A stretch of DNA of 64,000 nt from Octopus bimaculoides. Taxonomy: Eukaryota. The stretch is from contig NC_068982.1 in the NCBI RefSeq assembly GCF_001194135.2, positions 101,550,798 through 101,614,797 of the forward strand, in the 5' to 3' direction. The notes below the pieces were generated by a model, which had not been told where the DNA came from, made no database searches, and saw nothing but the letters and a program-made list of their open reading frames with translations. Below, one piece after another: positions 63,089-64,000 of this stretch. Position numbers and translations under genes: made by a program. Each line of letters begins with the position of its first letter. Positions within the stretch are counted from its first letter, which is position 1.

Positions 63089-63230
63089 CGGGCTTCTACT
63101 CAGTTTCTGTTCACCAAATTTCTCGCCCCGGGGATATACTACAAGACATTTGCCCAGGGTGCTGCGCAGTGGGATTGAACCCTGCCACCTGGTTGTAAAA
63201 CGAGCTTCTTAACTCCACAGCCATGCCTAC
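63083..63230 (-). mobile_element. SINE family B 5' half
   Basis: tacgacgggcttct..gacatttgcccagggtgctgcgcagtgggattgaacc..cacagccatgcctac. Confidence 0.8.
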
Positions 63231-63311
63231 CTTTGTCTATTTTTTTTACAACCGCTATATATTCTACACATTGTTTTGTATGTCTAGCTCTCTGTCAGTT
63301 ACCTGTTCCTC

Positions 63312-63344
<33 letters not shown>

Positions 63345-63772
63345 ACTGAAGTGCTTCCCTATAATTTCAGGTGCACGGATTACGCATTTCTTAATTGTAT
63401 TAATAGATAAATCAGAGTAATTTTAGAGTTTTTCGGGTCACTTCTTTACATCATAATTATTATTCAGTATTAGTTTATCGATTAGTAACACACTATTGTG
63501 ATTTTTATCATGAACAATTAATTGAGACTTGTTATATATTACTTTGTTGTCTGCCAATATAGTAAATGTCTGTAGAAGTTTGGTATAATCATTTTATAAG
63601 ACATGAGGAAGCTCATAATATGTTTATCAGAAGTTTACCAAATACGTAGTTTAGCTGTAGAGCTTTTTAACATTTTTTTTTTGTGGGGGTTGCAATGTAT
63701 ATTAACTGGGGGTTAGCATTTAGCATAGTGATATAACGCATGCAGCATAATATTTAAGAAGCTATATATTAA

Positions 63773-64000
63773 AGGCGGCGAGCTGGCAGAATCGTTAGCA
63801 CGCCGGGTGAAATGCTTAGCGGTATTTCGTCTGCGGTTACGTTCTGAGTTCAAATTCCGCCGAGGTCGACTTTGCTTTTCATCCTATCGGGGTCGATAAA
63901 TTAAGTACCAGTTACGCACTAGGGTGGATGTAATCGACTTAATCCCTTTGTCTGTCCTTGTTTGTACCCTCTATGTTTAGCCCCTTGTGGGCAATAAAGA
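63773..64000 (+). mobile_element. SINE family A, near consensus (cut by window end)
   Basis: aggcggcgagctggcagaatcgttagcacgccggg..gttctgagttcaaattccgccgaggtcgactttgc..ggggtcgataaattaagtaccag.. Confidence 0.93.

Noticed and set aside
1-64000. CRISPR arrays, rRNA genes, prokaryotic operons
   Set aside because: No regularly spaced repeat-spacer array, rRNA similarity or dense ORF architecture; the sequence is eukaryotic repeat-rich DNA.

Overview
AT-rich, repeat-dense metazoan genomic DNA from a gapped short-read assembly: about 20 N-gaps totalling roughly 7.5 kb, nearly all bordered by microsatellites. The SINE repertoire looks like an octopod cephalopod such as Octopus (inference from remembered repeat families, not a database search). 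No host protein-coding gene can be called with confidence, and most supplied ORFs are microsatellite or gap artefacts. The window is intergenic or intronic; several short candidate exons on + are listed only as leads. Mobile content includes: (1) a full-length but decayed Tc1-like transposon with DD36E spacing; (2) DD37D (maT) and mariner transposase remnants; (3) five copies of a ~215-bp mariner-type MITE, three of them in tandem; (4) a pogo/Tigger-like MITE; (5) CR1/L2-type and RTE-type LINE fragments; (6) a 5'-truncated Penelope-like element (RT thumb, GIY-YIG and 3' terminal repeat); (7) dozens of tRNA-derived SINEs from several modular families. The main find is a set of type I hammerhead ribozyme motifs from several distinct families. 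One has an intact core and extended helix I at the Penelope 3' end (46301-46390), one is a near-canonical U4C variant nested inside a SINE (28268-28309), and three are mutated (131-170, 11746-11787, 37458-37503). Other notable signals are a GIY-YIG domain split by a 538-nt triplet expansion, a shared LINE/SINE 3' tail, a 159-bp near-perfect inverted SINE pair, and a 35-bp perfect inverted repeat.
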